DNA of 64,000 nucleotides from an uncultured Gammaproteobacteria bacterium (GTDB taxonomy: Bacteria > Patescibacteriota > Microgenomatia > UBA10105 > UBA927), in assembly GCA_964349125.1 (NCBI GenBank), contig CAYGFH010000001.1:389408-453407 (forward strand). Reading direction: 5' to 3'. Every line of letters starts with the position of its first letter. Within the stretch, counting starts at the first letter, position 1. A model generated the notes under the pieces. The model saw only the letters and a program-made list of their open reading frames with translations, did not search any database and was not told the DNA's origin. Below, in pieces: positions 55,282 to 64,000 of this stretch. Position numbers and translations under genes: made by a program.

Positions 55282-55308
55282 TTAGCAATACTATACAATG
55301 AGTGCTAA
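55282..55308 (-). promoter_or_regulatory. CIRCE operator (HrcA binding site) upstream of the hrcA-grpE-dnaK-dnaJ operon
   Basis: TTAGCAATA-CTATACAAT-GAGTGCTAA against the consensus TTAGCACTC-N9-GAGTGCTAA. The right arm is perfect, the left arm matches 7 of 9, and the spacer is 9 nt. It lies 27 nt upstream of the hrcA start. Confidence 0.7.
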
Positions 55309-55385
55309 CCACTGTCAAGCCCTATAAAATGATGCAGTTTCAAATATTGCAGATACAAAAAAACTCAAGCATAATAGATCCAAGG

Positions 55386-56477
55386 ATGAAAAAAGTGTTC
55401 CTATATATAGGTATTGGTATCGCACTGCTCGCTGTTCCGATCACGGTGTATGTCGTCGGGCAAAATTCCGATCTCCGTAAAAAAGCAGCCCCGGCTTCTA
55501 CTCTTGCATTTAGCCCGTCTGCATCATCCGTTAAGGTTGGTGAAACATTTTCACTTGCGGTCAAATTGGACACGGCAGACAATCAGGTGGGACTTGTTCA
55601 GCTTCGGATAGTCTATGATCCAGCATATTTGGTAGCCGAAGACATAACCAACGATTTATTTGCGCCAAGCATACGCGTTTCCAAAAAGATCGATGCTACA
55701 GGGAAAGCGTCTATCACAGTAGGAGCAAAAGACAGTACGCATCCTATCAATGGATCGGGCACTATCGCGATCGTTACCATGAAAGCCATAAAAGCATCGG
55801 CAACACCGATTTTGGTGAAATTTACCCCCTCACCTGACACAGTCGCAAATGCTCTCAATGAAGAAAGCGAAGATGTACTTATTGGACGCTCCCCTGCCTC
55901 TATCACCATAAAAAATGCGGATGGCTCAATTGCTACAACAACGACGTCTATAACGCCGACTCCAACAAAAATTCAGGCTGTAAATACGGCTTCCCAATCT
56001 GCCAGTCTGACTACATCTTTTTCGGGCTCCAGTGCCTCTGAATCTGCCGCGACACAAGACGCCGCAACCGACTCTGCTGTGCTTATCACCTCCATAGCAG
56101 AAAACGAGGTAGTTGAGACAGAGGTTCCAGTGATTCGCGGTAAAGGAGTACCGGGAACTACAATCACCATTATCATTCATTCTTCATCTGAACAAACTGC
56201 AGTCGTTACCGTTGACGAGAACGGAAATTGGGTATACACGCCTACGGCACCACTTGAACCGGGTGATCACACCGTTCAGGCCATGACTACGGACCCAAAT
56301 ACTGGAGAAACTCACACTGATACAACCGCGTTCGTCGTAGCATCGGGCAATGAGGTGACAACAGCATCAACTGGCAGCGCAATTCCGGTATCGGGATCCA
56401 CATCAACAACTTTATTGCTTTTGGCTATGGGGGTACTACTACTTGTACTTGGGGCGTTCGTACCCGTACTATTATAA
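55386..56477 (+). CDS. Cell-surface protein: signal anchor, cohesin-like domain, S/T-rich linker, Ig-like domain, C-terminal hydrophobic anchor
   Basis: VKVGETFSLAVKLDTADNQVGLVQLRIVYDPAYLVAE resembles the cohesin beta-sandwich. The C-terminus is ...PVSGSTSTTLLLLAMGVLLLVLGAFVPVLL. The Ig-like block GVPGTTITIIIHSS...VDENGNWVYTPTAPLEPGDHTV is shared with the gene at 61389. Confidence 0.45.
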   Translation: MKKVFLYIGIGIALLAVPITVYVVGQNSDLRKKAAPASTLAFSPSASSVKVGETFSLAVKLDTADNQVGLVQLRIVYDPAYLVAEDITNDLFAPSIRVSKKIDATGKASITVGAKDSTHPINGSGTIAIVTMKAIKASATPILVKFTPSPDTVANALNEESEDVLIGRSPASITIKNADGSIATTTTSITPTPTKIQAVNTASQSASLTTSFSGSSASESAATQDAATDSAVLITSIAENEVVETEVPVIRGKGVPGTTITIIIHSSSEQTAVVTVDENGNWVYTPTAPLEPGDHTVQAMTTDPNTGETHTDTTAFVVASGNEVTTASTGSAIPVSGSTSTTLLLLAMGVLLLVLGAFVPVLL

Positions 56478-56481
56478 ATAT

Positions 56482-57891
56482 ATGGAAAATCCATTTGTGA
56501 AACAAACGAAACCACGACTCACGCAAATTGTGTCTATCGTTGCGCTTTTGGTCTTTTTGCCGATCATGCTGTTTGGCGCAAATGAATTCGTTACTATATT
56601 GTTCACCAAAGCGTCGGGAACTCCTGCGAATATAGTCGTCAATACGAAGATTGTATTGGAACCGCTTGACTTAAATTTTTATCATGCCTTTTCCCAAGGA
56701 GGAGAAGAATCAAAAGACATGCTTAAACCAGTTATTGCCGAGGTGCGAAACCTTAAACCTCAGCTTATCCGATTGGATCACCTGTATGATCACTACGATG
56801 TGGTAGGAAAATCAGGAGATCAGCTAACTTTCGATTGGACACGATTGGACGAAGCGGTCGATTCGATCATAGCAACAGGAGCAAAACCATTATTGGCTCT
56901 TTCGTATATGCCTTCTGCTATTGCCAAAGACGGCATTATTATAAACACACCAAATAATTGGAACGATTGGGCTACAGTCGTGCAAAAAACGATAGAACAT
57001 TACAGTGGCAGATCCGGAAAAAATCTGTCAGGAATATATTATGAGGTCTGGAATGAGCCTGATCTTGCGCAGTTTGGATCCTGGAAATATGGCGGTGAGA
57101 AAAGTTATATAACTCTCTATCAGTATGCATCAACAGGTGCAAAGAGAGCCGCAAACGTAAATACATTTTATCTCGGCGGACCTGGGACAACCGGTTTGTA
57201 TAAGAGCTGGATTCTGGCACTCGTCAACAGCGGCGCTCGTGTGGACTTTCTTTCCTGGCATACCTATCAATGGAACCCAAGCAAATATGCAGAGGATCAG
57301 GAAAATCTAGCTGCCTGGCTGCTCCCCTTTCCAAGATACTCATTAGTGCCAAAGATGATTACCGAATTTGGTCCGACGGGCGATAAGTCAAACGTATACG
57401 GAACAGTGTATGGAGCAGCGTACACGGCAGCCAGTGTCAGGCAAATGATAAGCAACGGTATTTCATATGCATTCTCGTTTCAACCGAAAGATGGACCTGG
57501 ACAAGAATCTGGAAACGGCTGGGGGCTTATCACTCATGAATCAAACGGCAAACGCTTAAAACCGAGATATCACGTCTATTCGTTTTTGGACACTATGGCA
57601 GGCAAAAGAGTATCGCTGAGCGGTGAAGGCACCTGGGTTACGGGATTTGCTAGCACGCGCGATAACACGTTCAGAGTGCTTCTCGTAAATTTCGACACAA
57701 ATGGTAAGCACAGCGAAGTTGTTCCAATCACTATCGGAGGACTTTCTGCAGGTAGCTATAAAGTAAGACAGCGGTTCTTTCTGGGACAGGACGTAACAAC
57801 CACGGAACAGGTTACTGCCGACACTATCTCTCGAAAAATTCTTATGCCCGCGTCAAGTATCCTCCAACTGGAGATAACAAAAAATCCGTAG
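56482..57891 (+). CDS. Clan GH-A glycoside hydrolase (GH5/GH39-like), secreted
   Basis: YYEVWNEPDL (acid/base Glu in the NEP motif) and ITEFG (nucleophile Glu) at the spacing expected for a TIM-barrel clan-A hydrolase. N-terminal signal/TM. Confidence 0.5.
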   Translation: MENPFVKQTKPRLTQIVSIVALLVFLPIMLFGANEFVTILFTKASGTPANIVVNTKIVLEPLDLNFYHAFSQGGEESKDMLKPVIAEVRNLKPQLIRLDHLYDHYDVVGKSGDQLTFDWTRLDEAVDSIIATGAKPLLALSYMPSAIAKDGIIINTPNNWNDWATVVQKTIEHYSGRSGKNLSGIYYEVWNEPDLAQFGSWKYGGEKSYITLYQYASTGAKRAANVNTFYLGGPGTTGLYKSWILALVNSGARVDFLSWHTYQWNPSKYAEDQENLAAWLLPFPRYSLVPKMITEFGPTGDKSNVYGTVYGAAYTAASVRQMISNGISYAFSFQPKDGPGQESGNGWGLITHESNGKRLKPRYHVYSFLDTMAGKRVSLSGEGTWVTGFASTRDNTFRVLLVNFDTNGKHSEVVPITIGGLSAGSYKVRQRFFLGQDVTTTEQVTADTISRKILMPASSILQLEITKNP

Positions 57892-57912
57892 TCTATACGC
57901 AATACCCTGAGA

Positions 57913-59574
57913 CTACGCTAATGTATCTTTCTCACGATCGTTTATCACTTCATTTGCCGGAGCTAACAATACAGGGGCAGCTCTGCCGACTCTCCGCATC
58001 AACGCAAAGAATGAGTGGACTTCGCCGATGTTAAACAGCCATGAAATAGTTATATACGTGATAAGTCCCAGAGACCCCGCTATTCCGGTTAGCATGAGCA
58101 ATCCGAAAGTCCTTGTCGTATCAAACACCAGCTGATCAAACAGATTCAACGGAATGTATACGGCAATACCAGAAACAATCGCAGCAAACGCCATTTTGAT
58201 AGGCGGAACCCAGAGCTCGAACACAGACAAGATGCGCATTCTTCTCACAAGCACTATGTACAACGTAACAGCGTTCAGTATGCTCGCAATCGTTGTGGAT
58301 AACCCAAGAGACCACACAGGCAAATGCCACAGTTGTATAAACACAACACTGAGCGTGGTGTTTATAAGTATAGAAAAGACACTGATAAGTACAGGCGTTT
58401 TTGTGTCATATAGCGCATAAAACCCCCGGGCAAAGACATGGACAAGCGATTGAGCGCAGAGTGAAACGCTAAACATTGATAACGTCATCCCAGTTAACAC
58501 GGTTGCTTCCCAATCAAAACGTGAAGCACCGAACACCAGTCTGACAAGCGGTATCCGAAGCACTATAAAAAAGACCGATGAAGGCAGAACGAAAAATAGA
58601 ATCTGATGAACTGCCGATACTATCGATGCCTTAAATCGGGGCATATCCTCCTTTATGGATGCCACGGATAGCATGGGGAGCGCCGCCTGGGCAATACTTG
58701 CCCCAAACAATCCCACAGGGAGCTGTTGTAAATGTTGCGCGAAGTTAAATATGGTAACCATACGAGCACCCAACAGTGATGCAAGCATCAGATCAACAGT
58801 TGTATCAATCTGAGATACCGCAAGTCCAAACGCGCGCGGACCAATGAGCCTCCCAACTTCGCGCACTCCATCATGCGAAAAATCGACGGAGAGCGTGTGA
58901 CGATATCCCAATTTCAGGAGCAGCGGCAACTGAATAATCATGAACAACACAGCCCCAATTCCCACACCGATCACAGGAGCGTACAGACCATATGTAGGAG
59001 ATAGAAATATGATTCCGGCAATAATCCCTAGATTGTACACAACAGGCGCTACAGCGGGGATAATAAATAATGTATAAGACTGTAAAATGCCGGTAAAGAA
59101 ATTCCCAATCAACAGTGGCAATACCTGTGACACGATCATAATCCGAGTAAATTCGGACATCTGCTGTATCTGATCTGTACTAAAACCAGGAGCAAAGAAT
59201 CGGGCGACTTGTTCAGACCATATGTAGATTGGTAAAGAAAGCACAAATAAGACTAGGATGCTAATGTTAATCAGGATGGAAGCCATCTTCCACCCATCGT
59301 GCTCCTTGTCGTTCGTCAGATACCGGGTAAACACCGGTATGAACGCACTCGTAAGTGCTCCTGTGACCAAAAGTTCAAAAATAAGGTTTGGGAGGCGAAA
59401 TGCGGCAAAATAGACTCCCAGTTCATCCGGACCAAACCGGGCAGACAGCAACCTATCTCTTACGAGGCCTAACACGCGGGAAGCAAACACCATGGAAATC
59501 AGAATTAAAGCTGCGGAGCCGACGGTTGTCTGCTTTTTTGCTAACACATCCCAAATTCGTTTCATCTGTTTCAT
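57913..59574 (-). CDS. murJ: Lipid II flippase MurJ (MviN family)
   Basis: 553 aa with 14 TM helices and an N-terminal motif (LGLVRDRLLSARFG) typical of MurJ. Confidence 0.75.
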   Translation of the reverse strand: MKQMKRIWDVLAKKQTTVGSAALILISMVFASRVLGLVRDRLLSARFGPDELGVYFAAFRLPNLIFELLVTGALTSAFIPVFTRYLTNDKEHDGWKMASILINISILVLFVLSLPIYIWSEQVARFFAPGFSTDQIQQMSEFTRIMIVSQVLPLLIGNFFTGILQSYTLFIIPAVAPVVYNLGIIAGIIFLSPTYGLYAPVIGVGIGAVLFMIIQLPLLLKLGYRHTLSVDFSHDGVREVGRLIGPRAFGLAVSQIDTTVDLMLASLLGARMVTIFNFAQHLQQLPVGLFGASIAQAALPMLSVASIKEDMPRFKASIVSAVHQILFFVLPSSVFFIVLRIPLVRLVFGASRFDWEATVLTGMTLSMFSVSLCAQSLVHVFARGFYALYDTKTPVLISVFSILINTTLSVVFIQLWHLPVWSLGLSTTIASILNAVTLYIVLVRRMRILSVFELWVPPIKMAFAAIVSGIAVYIPLNLFDQLVFDTTRTFGLLMLTGIAGSLGLITYITISWLFNIGEVHSFFALMRRVGRAAPVLLAPANEVINDREKDTLA

Positions 59575-59655
59575 TATATCGTAGAGAGCGAGTTGCGGGG
59601 TAATAGGAAATATAGATCTTCCCCGGTGAATAATTGTATGCTATAATCCTTAATT

Positions 59656-59892
59656 ATGCCTATTACAAAACAAGCCTCAAAGAAATTACGTCATGATCGG
59701 AATAGAACCAAAGCTACGATGAAAATTCGTAAATCTGTGTACGCTGTCGTGAAGGAAGCAAGAAAAGCTCCTACTAAAAAAACTATATCGTCTGCGTTCA
59801 AAACACTGGATAAAGCCGCCAAACGCAGTGTTATACACAAAAATAAAGCCGCACGCCTGAAATCACGTATGGCGAAGCTTCTCAAGAAGTAG
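59656..59892 (+). CDS. rpsT: 30S ribosomal protein S20
   Basis: A 78-aa basic helical protein with QASKKLRHDRNRTKATMKIRKS and KAARLKSRMAKLL, typical of S20. Confidence 0.7.
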   Translation: MPITKQASKKLRHDRNRTKATMKIRKSVYAVVKEARKAPTKKTISSAFKTLDKAAKRSVIHKNKAARLKSRMAKLLKK

Positions 59893-59949
59893 TCTCTGAC
59901 ACAGTAATATCCATTTGTCCATTGGCAGGATTTTCAGTATGATAGTATC

Positions 59950-60501
59950 ATGCCTGCCAATTCTATCTCAATAAACTTACTTGGCGATTCAGACATGGAA
60001 CATACCCCCATGGGGAGAATCGTAGGTTGGGCTGTCACGTATGGCAGGTATATTATGATTGGGACAGAGATTGTCGTGTTACTCGCATTCATATCCCGAT
60101 TCAGTCTGGATCGGAAACTCACTGACCTCAAAGAAGAGGTTACCCAAAAACAGGATATTATTGAAGCTAACCTCGCGTTCGAAAAAGATATAAGAGAACT
60201 TCAGGACACTCTCGGGAAAATCAAAGTGCTTATCAACCAACCCGTAAATCCACTCACTGCTGTGACACTATTTCAAACGATTCTTCCTCAAGGTGTGTAC
60301 CTAAAATCATATGATTTGAATAAGAACACATTAAGTATTCAGGCAACTGCCGGATCGACAGATGCATTTGCTCAATTTATGCGTAATTTACAAAACTCAA
60401 AATATTTAACTGCAATAGACATTGGTGATATCACTAGAGACCCATTGTTCGGTATCCAATTTGGATTCACGGCACGTATAGCCTCAGCTGTCACGAAATA
60501 A
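59950..60501 (+). CDS. pilN: Type IV pilus assembly protein PilN
   Basis: N-terminal INLL motif, a single TM, then a coiled-coil and a ferredoxin-like periplasmic domain. Confidence 0.6.
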   Translation: MPANSISINLLGDSDMEHTPMGRIVGWAVTYGRYIMIGTEIVVLLAFISRFSLDRKLTDLKEEVTQKQDIIEANLAFEKDIRELQDTLGKIKVLINQPVNPLTAVTLFQTILPQGVYLKSYDLNKNTLSIQATAGSTDAFAQFMRNLQNSKYLTAIDIGDITRDPLFGIQFGFTARIASAVTK

Positions 60502-60502
60502 T

Positions 60503-61189
60503 ATGGAACTGAATGTCAAAAATGAGATAGGAAGGTATCGTAAGTATTATAAGGCGCTTGAGCCCAAGCTCGAAAAGCCAAGAAATAAAGCATACACTAC
60601 GATTGTTTTTTCGTTTCTTGTTGTGTCGTTATTCGGTTGGTACGCAATCAGGCCAACTATTCAGACAATCCTCACACTAAAACGTGAAATCAAAGACAAA
60701 ACTGAGCTAAGCAAAAAAATGGAGGAAAAGATTGCGGCGCTTATAGAAGCTCAGGCATATTATCAGGAAATAGAGCCACTGCTCCCTTCCATTGATCAGG
60801 CGCTTCCAACAATACCTGATGCCATACCACTTCTCGTGCAACTGAGGAATCTGGCGAGTATGAGCGCTACAACTATTACGACTATACAACTTCCAACCGT
60901 ACCAATTATGAGTCAGGAAATATTGCCTGGGAACAAAGGTGTGATCAATCCTGCTGCTACAGGTGGCAATAAACAGCAAACGTTTGATGTCTCCCTCTCA
61001 GTCAAAGGTCCATATTCAAATATACACGCGTTTATCGAAGGGATCACCTTCATGCGGAGAATCGCAACTATAGAATCAATTTCTATACTACCGGGTGTCA
61101 CCGATCAAACGAGCACTGCAAGCGCACAGCCTAATACAAAACTTTTACAACTTGCCGTAAAACTCAAGGCGTATTATCTTGTAAAGTGA
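60503..61189 (+). CDS. pilO: Type IV pilus assembly protein PilO-like
   Basis: Bitopic topology (TM VVSLFGWYAIRPTIQTIL) with a coiled-coil and a C-terminal domain. It follows pilN with a 1-nt gap. Confidence 0.5.
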   Translation: MELNVKNEIGRYRKYYKALEPKLEKPRNKAYTTIVFSFLVVSLFGWYAIRPTIQTILTLKREIKDKTELSKKMEEKIAALIEAQAYYQEIEPLLPSIDQALPTIPDAIPLLVQLRNLASMSATTITTIQLPTVPIMSQEILPGNKGVINPAATGGNKQQTFDVSLSVKGPYSNIHAFIEGITFMRRIATIESISILPGVTDQTSTASAQPNTKLLQLAVKLKAYYLVK

Positions 61190-61190
61190 T

Positions 61191-61385
61191 ATGAACAACG
61201 ATCGTGATTTACTGCTTATTTCTATTTTCACATTTTTTACCGTGTGTTTATGGATCACATTTGAGCTGTTGAAAACCTTTAAGACGACTACTATTTCCAG
61301 CACCACTCAGCAGATTATAGTACCGCTTAATCCGAAGATTGATGGAGAAACACTCAATACGATAGCAAATAAGAAAGTATTTTAA
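61191..61385 (+). CDS. Small membrane protein (64 aa), unknown; possibly pilus-associated
   Basis: A single N-terminal TM (LLLISIFTFFTVCLWITF). It is tightly packed between pilO and the surface protein. Confidence 0.3.
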   Translation: MNNDRDLLLISIFTFFTVCLWITFELLKTFKTTTISSTTQQIIVPLNPKIDGETLNTIANKKVF

Positions 61386-61388
61386 CCT

Positions 61389-62744
61389 ATGAAATTCCCA
61401 ACACGCATACCAACACTCATAGGAATATTACTGCTCGTCGGCGTGGTTGGTGGTATTATTTATTCCGTCGAAAAAGTATTCAGAACAGACACAAAAGCAT
61501 CGGGGTCACGGGAGCCGAAACAAGTGAGAGCTACAAATATCACTGATTCATCACTGACACTATCATGGACCACGGAAATCCCTACAACAGGCACACTGCT
61601 ATTGGAAACCAAAGGTAAATCAAACAAAGTATATTTTGACGAACGTGACCAGGCAGGAAAACTGGGAGTATATTCCGCACATAGTGTTACCGTACGGGGT
61701 CTGACACCAGATACTGAGTATCTCGCGACACCGCTCGTGAACGGTAAACCACACGTACTGGCGGATAAGCCTATCGCCATCCGACTGGCATCCCCGCTTC
61801 CCCTTAACACGGGCGGTCTGGAACCGGCATATGGCACGATTCAAAACGAAGATGGGACTCCCAACGGTGACTCAATCGTGTATCTGACCATAGACGGCGG
61901 GCAGGAGCTCTCTGCACTTTCTAAACCGTCAGGAAGTTGGATTATTCCGCTTAACCAGGCAAGAACACAAGATTTGTCCAGTTATCTACCCGTCATAGAA
62001 CGCATGAATGAGTCCATACAAATATACTCCGGAGACAGGCAGGCGACCGTAAGTACAGATTCACTGAACGATTCACCAGTACCCGAAGTTATGCTTGGAC
62101 AGGAATATGATTTCAAAAGACAGCAGGCGAAGAAGCCCAACAGTGTTGCCACTGCTCTTCGCCCGGTAACACCTTCCCCTTCTCCCATAGTCACACAGGC
62201 ACAGGTTGCCGCGGTACCGACAAAAAGCAATGTGTTGGGTGACACGACACAAAAGGTGTATACGGTCTCTATAACGGAACCAAAAAATAACAGTTCAATT
62301 TCATCAGCGCTCCCGTTCATAACTGGGACGGGTATCCCTGGGAAATATATAGGCATTAGCGTCGGTATGACAAATCCGACACATGGTTCCGTGCAGGTGG
62401 CATCAAACGGCATATGGACATACACACCGAAAAAGAATCTTTCACCAGGCAAACAAAGCGTCACGATATCATCTGTAGACGCAAAAGGCAAAGCAGTGGC
62501 TGTAACACACATGTTTACTGTGTTTAAAAGTGGGACACAAGTGCTAGGAGACGCAACTCCCTCCGCCACACTTACACCGGGCAGCACAATTTCGAGCACT
62601 CCGACAGTAGATGAAACCCCCACACCTGACTCAACACTTGCAGGAACACCTCCTCCGGTAAGCGGTAATGAGCTTCCGACGCTTATCCTGTTGATTCTGG
62701 GACTTGGTCTCTTCGCCGGTGGGTCTGTTGTCTTCTTGAGGTAA
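61389..62744 (+). CDS. Surface protein with N-terminal TM, fibronectin type III-like domain, Ig-like domain, P/T-rich region and C-terminal hydrophobic anchor
   Basis: ITDSSLTLSWTT...VTVRGLTPDTEY (Fn3-like). The block GIPGKYIGISVGMTNPTHGSVQVASNGIWTYTPKKNLSPGKQSV is shared with the gene at 55386. The C-terminus is ELPTLILLILGLGLFAGGSVVFLR. Confidence 0.5.
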   Translation: MKFPTRIPTLIGILLLVGVVGGIIYSVEKVFRTDTKASGSREPKQVRATNITDSSLTLSWTTEIPTTGTLLLETKGKSNKVYFDERDQAGKLGVYSAHSVTVRGLTPDTEYLATPLVNGKPHVLADKPIAIRLASPLPLNTGGLEPAYGTIQNEDGTPNGDSIVYLTIDGGQELSALSKPSGSWIIPLNQARTQDLSSYLPVIERMNESIQIYSGDRQATVSTDSLNDSPVPEVMLGQEYDFKRQQAKKPNSVATALRPVTPSPSPIVTQAQVAAVPTKSNVLGDTTQKVYTVSITEPKNNSSISSALPFITGTGIPGKYIGISVGMTNPTHGSVQVASNGIWTYTPKKNLSPGKQSVTISSVDAKGKAVAVTHMFTVFKSGTQVLGDATPSATLTPGSTISSTPTVDETPTPDSTLAGTPPPVSGNELPTLILLILGLGLFAGGSVVFLR

Positions 62745-62754
62745 ACTTACTATT

Positions 62755-63771
62755 TCATCGAAGTTCATTCTCTACGTACGCATGTACCGATTCCCATGAC
62801 TCGATTGGTACCAAGACGTACCTACCCCAAAATGAACCAGGGTCTGGTGATTCAAATAGGTGATCTATAGCGACCATTTTTGTATCTGATGTGCGGGATC
62901 GAAAAAACAGCGAGAATAGTGCTGCCCCTTCACCCACTGTTGCTGTGTGTTCTACAGCTTCCGGCCATAGAGCACGAAGTGCAGTAAACCGGGCGGGAGT
63001 AAGCCATCGTGTCGGATGAAGTACTGTATTTTTCACTGCCAATAGGACTTCCTGTTGCCTAACACTTCTGGCGAAATCGGATCCTTCTTCACCTCTGCTT
63101 CTGGCATATGTTAACGCACGTTTCCCATCCATATGCTCAATGCCCTGGGCAAATGACACTGTGGTATATATGCAGGTCTGTGAATCAGGCTCTCGTGTAC
63201 ACGCATCACGCTTTGTATCTTCCGTGGGAAACTGTGTGTCAACAAAACTGCGGGGTATACGAACATCAATGCCACCCAAATTGTCTATCAGACGGGTAAA
63301 CCCGTCAAAATCTATCCGAAATACATAATGGATTGGTATTCCAATGGTGTCCTCAACCACTACCTTTGATAACACTAATCCTCCAGCTTTCTTTTTTTGT
63401 TCACCATGATAATATGCACTGTTTATTTTATCTTTCAGTGTGGATGACCAAATATCCCGTGGCACTGAGAGAAGAGATACGCTGCCCGTTAGCAAATTTG
63501 CCGTAGCAACAAGCATGGTATCTGTCAATTGGCTCCCTTCACGATTTCCACCACTGATGCCTAACAGTAATACCGATGTGCGCCCGTCTGTTTGCTTTAG
63601 TGAACGGTAATTATGTGTTGCTATTCGATATACAAGTTGAGGAGATATCCCTGATATACGAACGAATCGCAGTATGTAAAATACCACTACAACAACAGAT
63701 ATCAGCACAATACTGTTTCGTACCCTACCCGCGATCATTCTACGCCTACCGTCCCGATCGTGTGTATTCAT
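62755..63771 (-). CDS. LytR-CpsA-Psr (LCP) family phosphotransferase
   Basis: N-terminal TM, then LLLGISGGNREGSQLTDTMLVATAN and SLLSVPRD (the LCP core). Confidence 0.7.
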   Translation of the reverse strand: MNTHDRDGRRRMIAGRVRNSIVLISVVVVVFYILRFVRISGISPQLVYRIATHNYRSLKQTDGRTSVLLLGISGGNREGSQLTDTMLVATANLLTGSVSLLSVPRDIWSSTLKDKINSAYYHGEQKKKAGGLVLSKVVVEDTIGIPIHYVFRIDFDGFTRLIDNLGGIDVRIPRSFVDTQFPTEDTKRDACTREPDSQTCIYTTVSFAQGIEHMDGKRALTYARSRGEEGSDFARSVRQQEVLLAVKNTVLHPTRWLTPARFTALRALWPEAVEHTATVGEGAALFSLFFRSRTSDTKMVAIDHLFESPDPGSFWGRYVLVPIESWESVHAYVENELR

Positions 63772-63794
63772 AGCAAAAATCAGGACTATCCTAT

Positions 63795-64000
63795 CACGCT
63801 ACTGTGATAGCATTACGTACCAGACTGGCATATTTTTCAGGATCAAGACTTGCTCCTCCTGGAAGAACGCCGTCAATATGGCTTTGGGATACAAATGATG
63901 CGACATTTTCAGCGACCACACTCCCCCCGTACAGGACAGTTGAAACGCCCGTTTTTGACTTGATCGATGTCACAACGGCATTTGCGTTCTCGGGAGAATC
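63795..64000 (-). CDS. tpiA: Triosephosphate isomerase, C-terminal part (continues past the window edge)
   Basis: Reverse translation gives ...[40 protein letters not shown], the conserved C-terminal TIM motifs. Confidence 0.6.

Noticed and set aside
1-64000. CRISPR arrays, IS elements, integrases, rRNA
   Set aside because: I scanned for regularly spaced direct repeats, transposase DDE motifs and rRNA-like segments. None were found. The only short repeats seen are the 14-nt promoter element near nusA and the SD/anti-SD palindromes.

Overview
The window reads as a gene-dense (about 90% coding), moderate-GC bacterial chromosome segment. Several proteins are reduced in the way typical of CPR/Patescibacteria-like genomes: IF-2 is 492 aa with only the G-domain core, AlaRS lacks the C-Ala domain, DnaJ lacks the zinc finger, and ribosomal protein S15 carries an N-terminal extension. 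I found no CRISPR array, rRNA, transposase or integrase. The backbone is conserved information-processing and envelope genes: rpoB and partial rpoC, metK, the hrcA-grpE-dnaK-dnaJ operon, nusA-infB, rpsO-pnp, RNase J, alaS, ftsK, typA, mltG, murJ, rpsT, pilN/pilO and a partial tpiA. The non-routine observations are: (1) a three-gene reversible lysine-acetylation module, with a FemAB/CelD-like GNAT, an AcuC/HDAC-type deacetylase and a Pat-type acetyltransferase that fuses an NDP-forming acyl-CoA synthetase to a GNAT; (2) a SAM-I (S-box) riboswitch in an unusually long, roughly 490-nt metK leader; (3) a duplicated promoter-terminator module forming the nusA leader; (4) a tRNA-like gene with canonical acceptor, D and T arms but a roughly 36-nt extra arm, next to an AT-rich ORFan; (5) a Lon AAA+ module with no Lon N-domain and no protease domain; (6) an orphan Cas4/RecB-like Fe-S PD-(D/E)XK nuclease next to rpoB; (7) a pair of mutually complementary SD/anti-SD palindromic hairpins between a cupin gene and an MFS transporter; (8) a canonical CIRCE operator upstream of hrcA; and (9) a sortase with several surface proteins that share an Ig-like domain. 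All family calls come from motif recognition by eye and would need HMM searches to confirm.
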